DNA from: Nemertoderma westbladi
Lineage: Eukaryota; Animalia; Xenacoelomorpha
Reading direction: 5' to 3'
Assembly: GCA_032718475.1 (NCBI GenBank)
Contig: JAUCBJ010000835.1
Location: 1-34,704 of the forward strand
DNA: 34,704 nt
The translations under genes and the position numbers were made by a program. Under the pieces are notes generated by a model. The model had not been told where the DNA came from. It ran no database searches and saw only the letters and a list, made by a program, of their open reading frames with translations. Of the stretch, positions 33,384 through 34,704 are shown piece by piece; positions within the stretch are counted from its first letter, which is position 1; each line of letters begins with the position of its first letter.

Positions 33384-34541
33384 ATGTTCTGGAGGAGTCT
33401 GGAGGAGTCCGTAGGGAGGTGTCTGTGCCGGATATTTGACCGCCCAGCAATAACACCGGTAGAACGGCAACTGATGTCGCTCCCGGTTCGCAATGGTGGG
33501 CTAGGGATCCCCGTACCAGCTGATCTACAGCCCCAGTACGAATATTCCCGGAGGATTTGCGAACCATTTGCCTCCTTGGAAGGTGAGTCTATGGCAGTGG
33601 TGAGAGAGGAGCAGACACACATAGCCAAGTTAGTAGCCACCTCTTCATCAGTTGTAGCGAAAGCTAAAAAGGAGGAGGTTTACGACCAATTAAGTTCTGA
33701 CCAACATAATTTGGTTATACTAACTACTGAAAAAGGTGCGTCTGCGTGGTTAAACACCAAACCACTCACCCTGCACGACACTCACCTGTCCAAAGGAGAG
33801 TTTAGGGATGCTGTTTGTCTCCGTTACGGTTGGTCGCCGAAGAACCTACCATCTCGTTGTGTTTGTGGGTCCCGATTTTCTGCAACCCACGTTCTGTCGT
33901 GTCCCACTGGAGGTTTCCCCTCCATAAGACACAACGAGATCCGCGATTTCGTCGCCGACACCCTAACCGAGGTGGCCCACAGTGTGGCAGTCGAACCGAT
34001 GCTCCAGCCACTAACGGGGGAGTCCTTCTCCCTCCGTTCCACCTCGACGGACCAGCTGGCGCGGCTCGACGTGTCGGTGAGCGGATTCTGGGGCAATCGT
34101 TACCAGAAAATGTTTATCGACGTGTCGGTGTTCAACCCGCTGGCGGACACCAACGCGGCGATGTCGATTGACGCCGCCCATCTCCACCACGAGGCGAGGA
34201 AGTGCCGGAAATACGAGGAGAGATTACGCGAGGTGGAACACTCCACCTTCACTCCCTTAATTTTCTCTGCTTTCGGCGGAATGGCACCAGCTGCCCATCA
34301 GTTTGTCAAACGACTGGCGGTGAAGTTGTCCGACAAACGGCAGGTTCCCTATCCGGAGTGCGTCTCATGGGTACGTCGGCGAATCAGTTTCTCCCTCCTC
34401 AGGTCGTCATTAATGTGTTTACGCGGGTACCGTTCGGCTGCTAGGCGACCGGTGCGGGAGGCAGTCACCGACTCATCGATCCGGTTGGCTAACGCGGACT
34501 CAGACCCTGGGGTGTTGGCGCAGTTCGGTAGGGTGGGGTAA
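33384..34541 (+). mobile_element. 5'-truncated CRE-clade (restriction-like endonuclease) non-LTR retrotransposon ORF
   Basis: Post-RT motif LPVRNGGLGIP, GASAWL, EFRDAVCLRYG, CCHC knuckle CVCG...HVLSC, RHNEIRD, RLE core RLDV...FIDVSV...HEARKCRKY; no YxDD RT core present. Confidence 0.85.
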
Positions 34542-34704
34542 ATACAGTAGTATGCTCCATACACCATAGAGACTGTTTCTGTGTTGGGGGCGGGCAAAGG
34601 ATTTCATTTTAAATTTCCCTCTTATATTGGTTGCCTAGTAACGTCGGCTGGTGGTGGGTATTGTTTAACATTAACGTTTTATTATCTATGTGAATAAATG
34701 AGAC

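Overview
AT-rich eukaryotic (animal, probably bilaterian invertebrate) genomic DNA, not prokaryotic. Host genes: three conserved genes with intron-free CDSs (DNAJA3/Tid1-like 2041-3570 +, PGAP2/Frag1-like 10075-10893 +, PRPF38B-like 27541-29037 +); a four-coding-exon vasohibin (tubulin detyrosinase) on the minus strand (14948-19187, ~401 aa); and a short Arg/Ser/Gly-rich protamine-like ORF (32216-32695 +). The 5' part of the vasohibin locus (17149-19826) is tandemly duplicated at 20224-25277, and the first coding exon's 5' splice donor is amplified into an 18-19 bp tandem array (14 and 12 donors in the two copies). The rest is dense, nested transposon material: several copies of a Helentron-derived (HINE/DINE-1-like) family, one carrying CTCF-like sites in its tandem repeats; a TTAA-flanked Kolobok-like element; a Mutator-like insertion with a 9-bp TSD and a 68-bp satellite; foldback/MITE elements; RTE-LINE fragments; a 5'-truncated CRE-type retrotransposon; and a ~150-bp-period repeat with an RFX X-box in each unit just upstream of the protamine-like gene. 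All calls are by eye from motifs; no database search was run.
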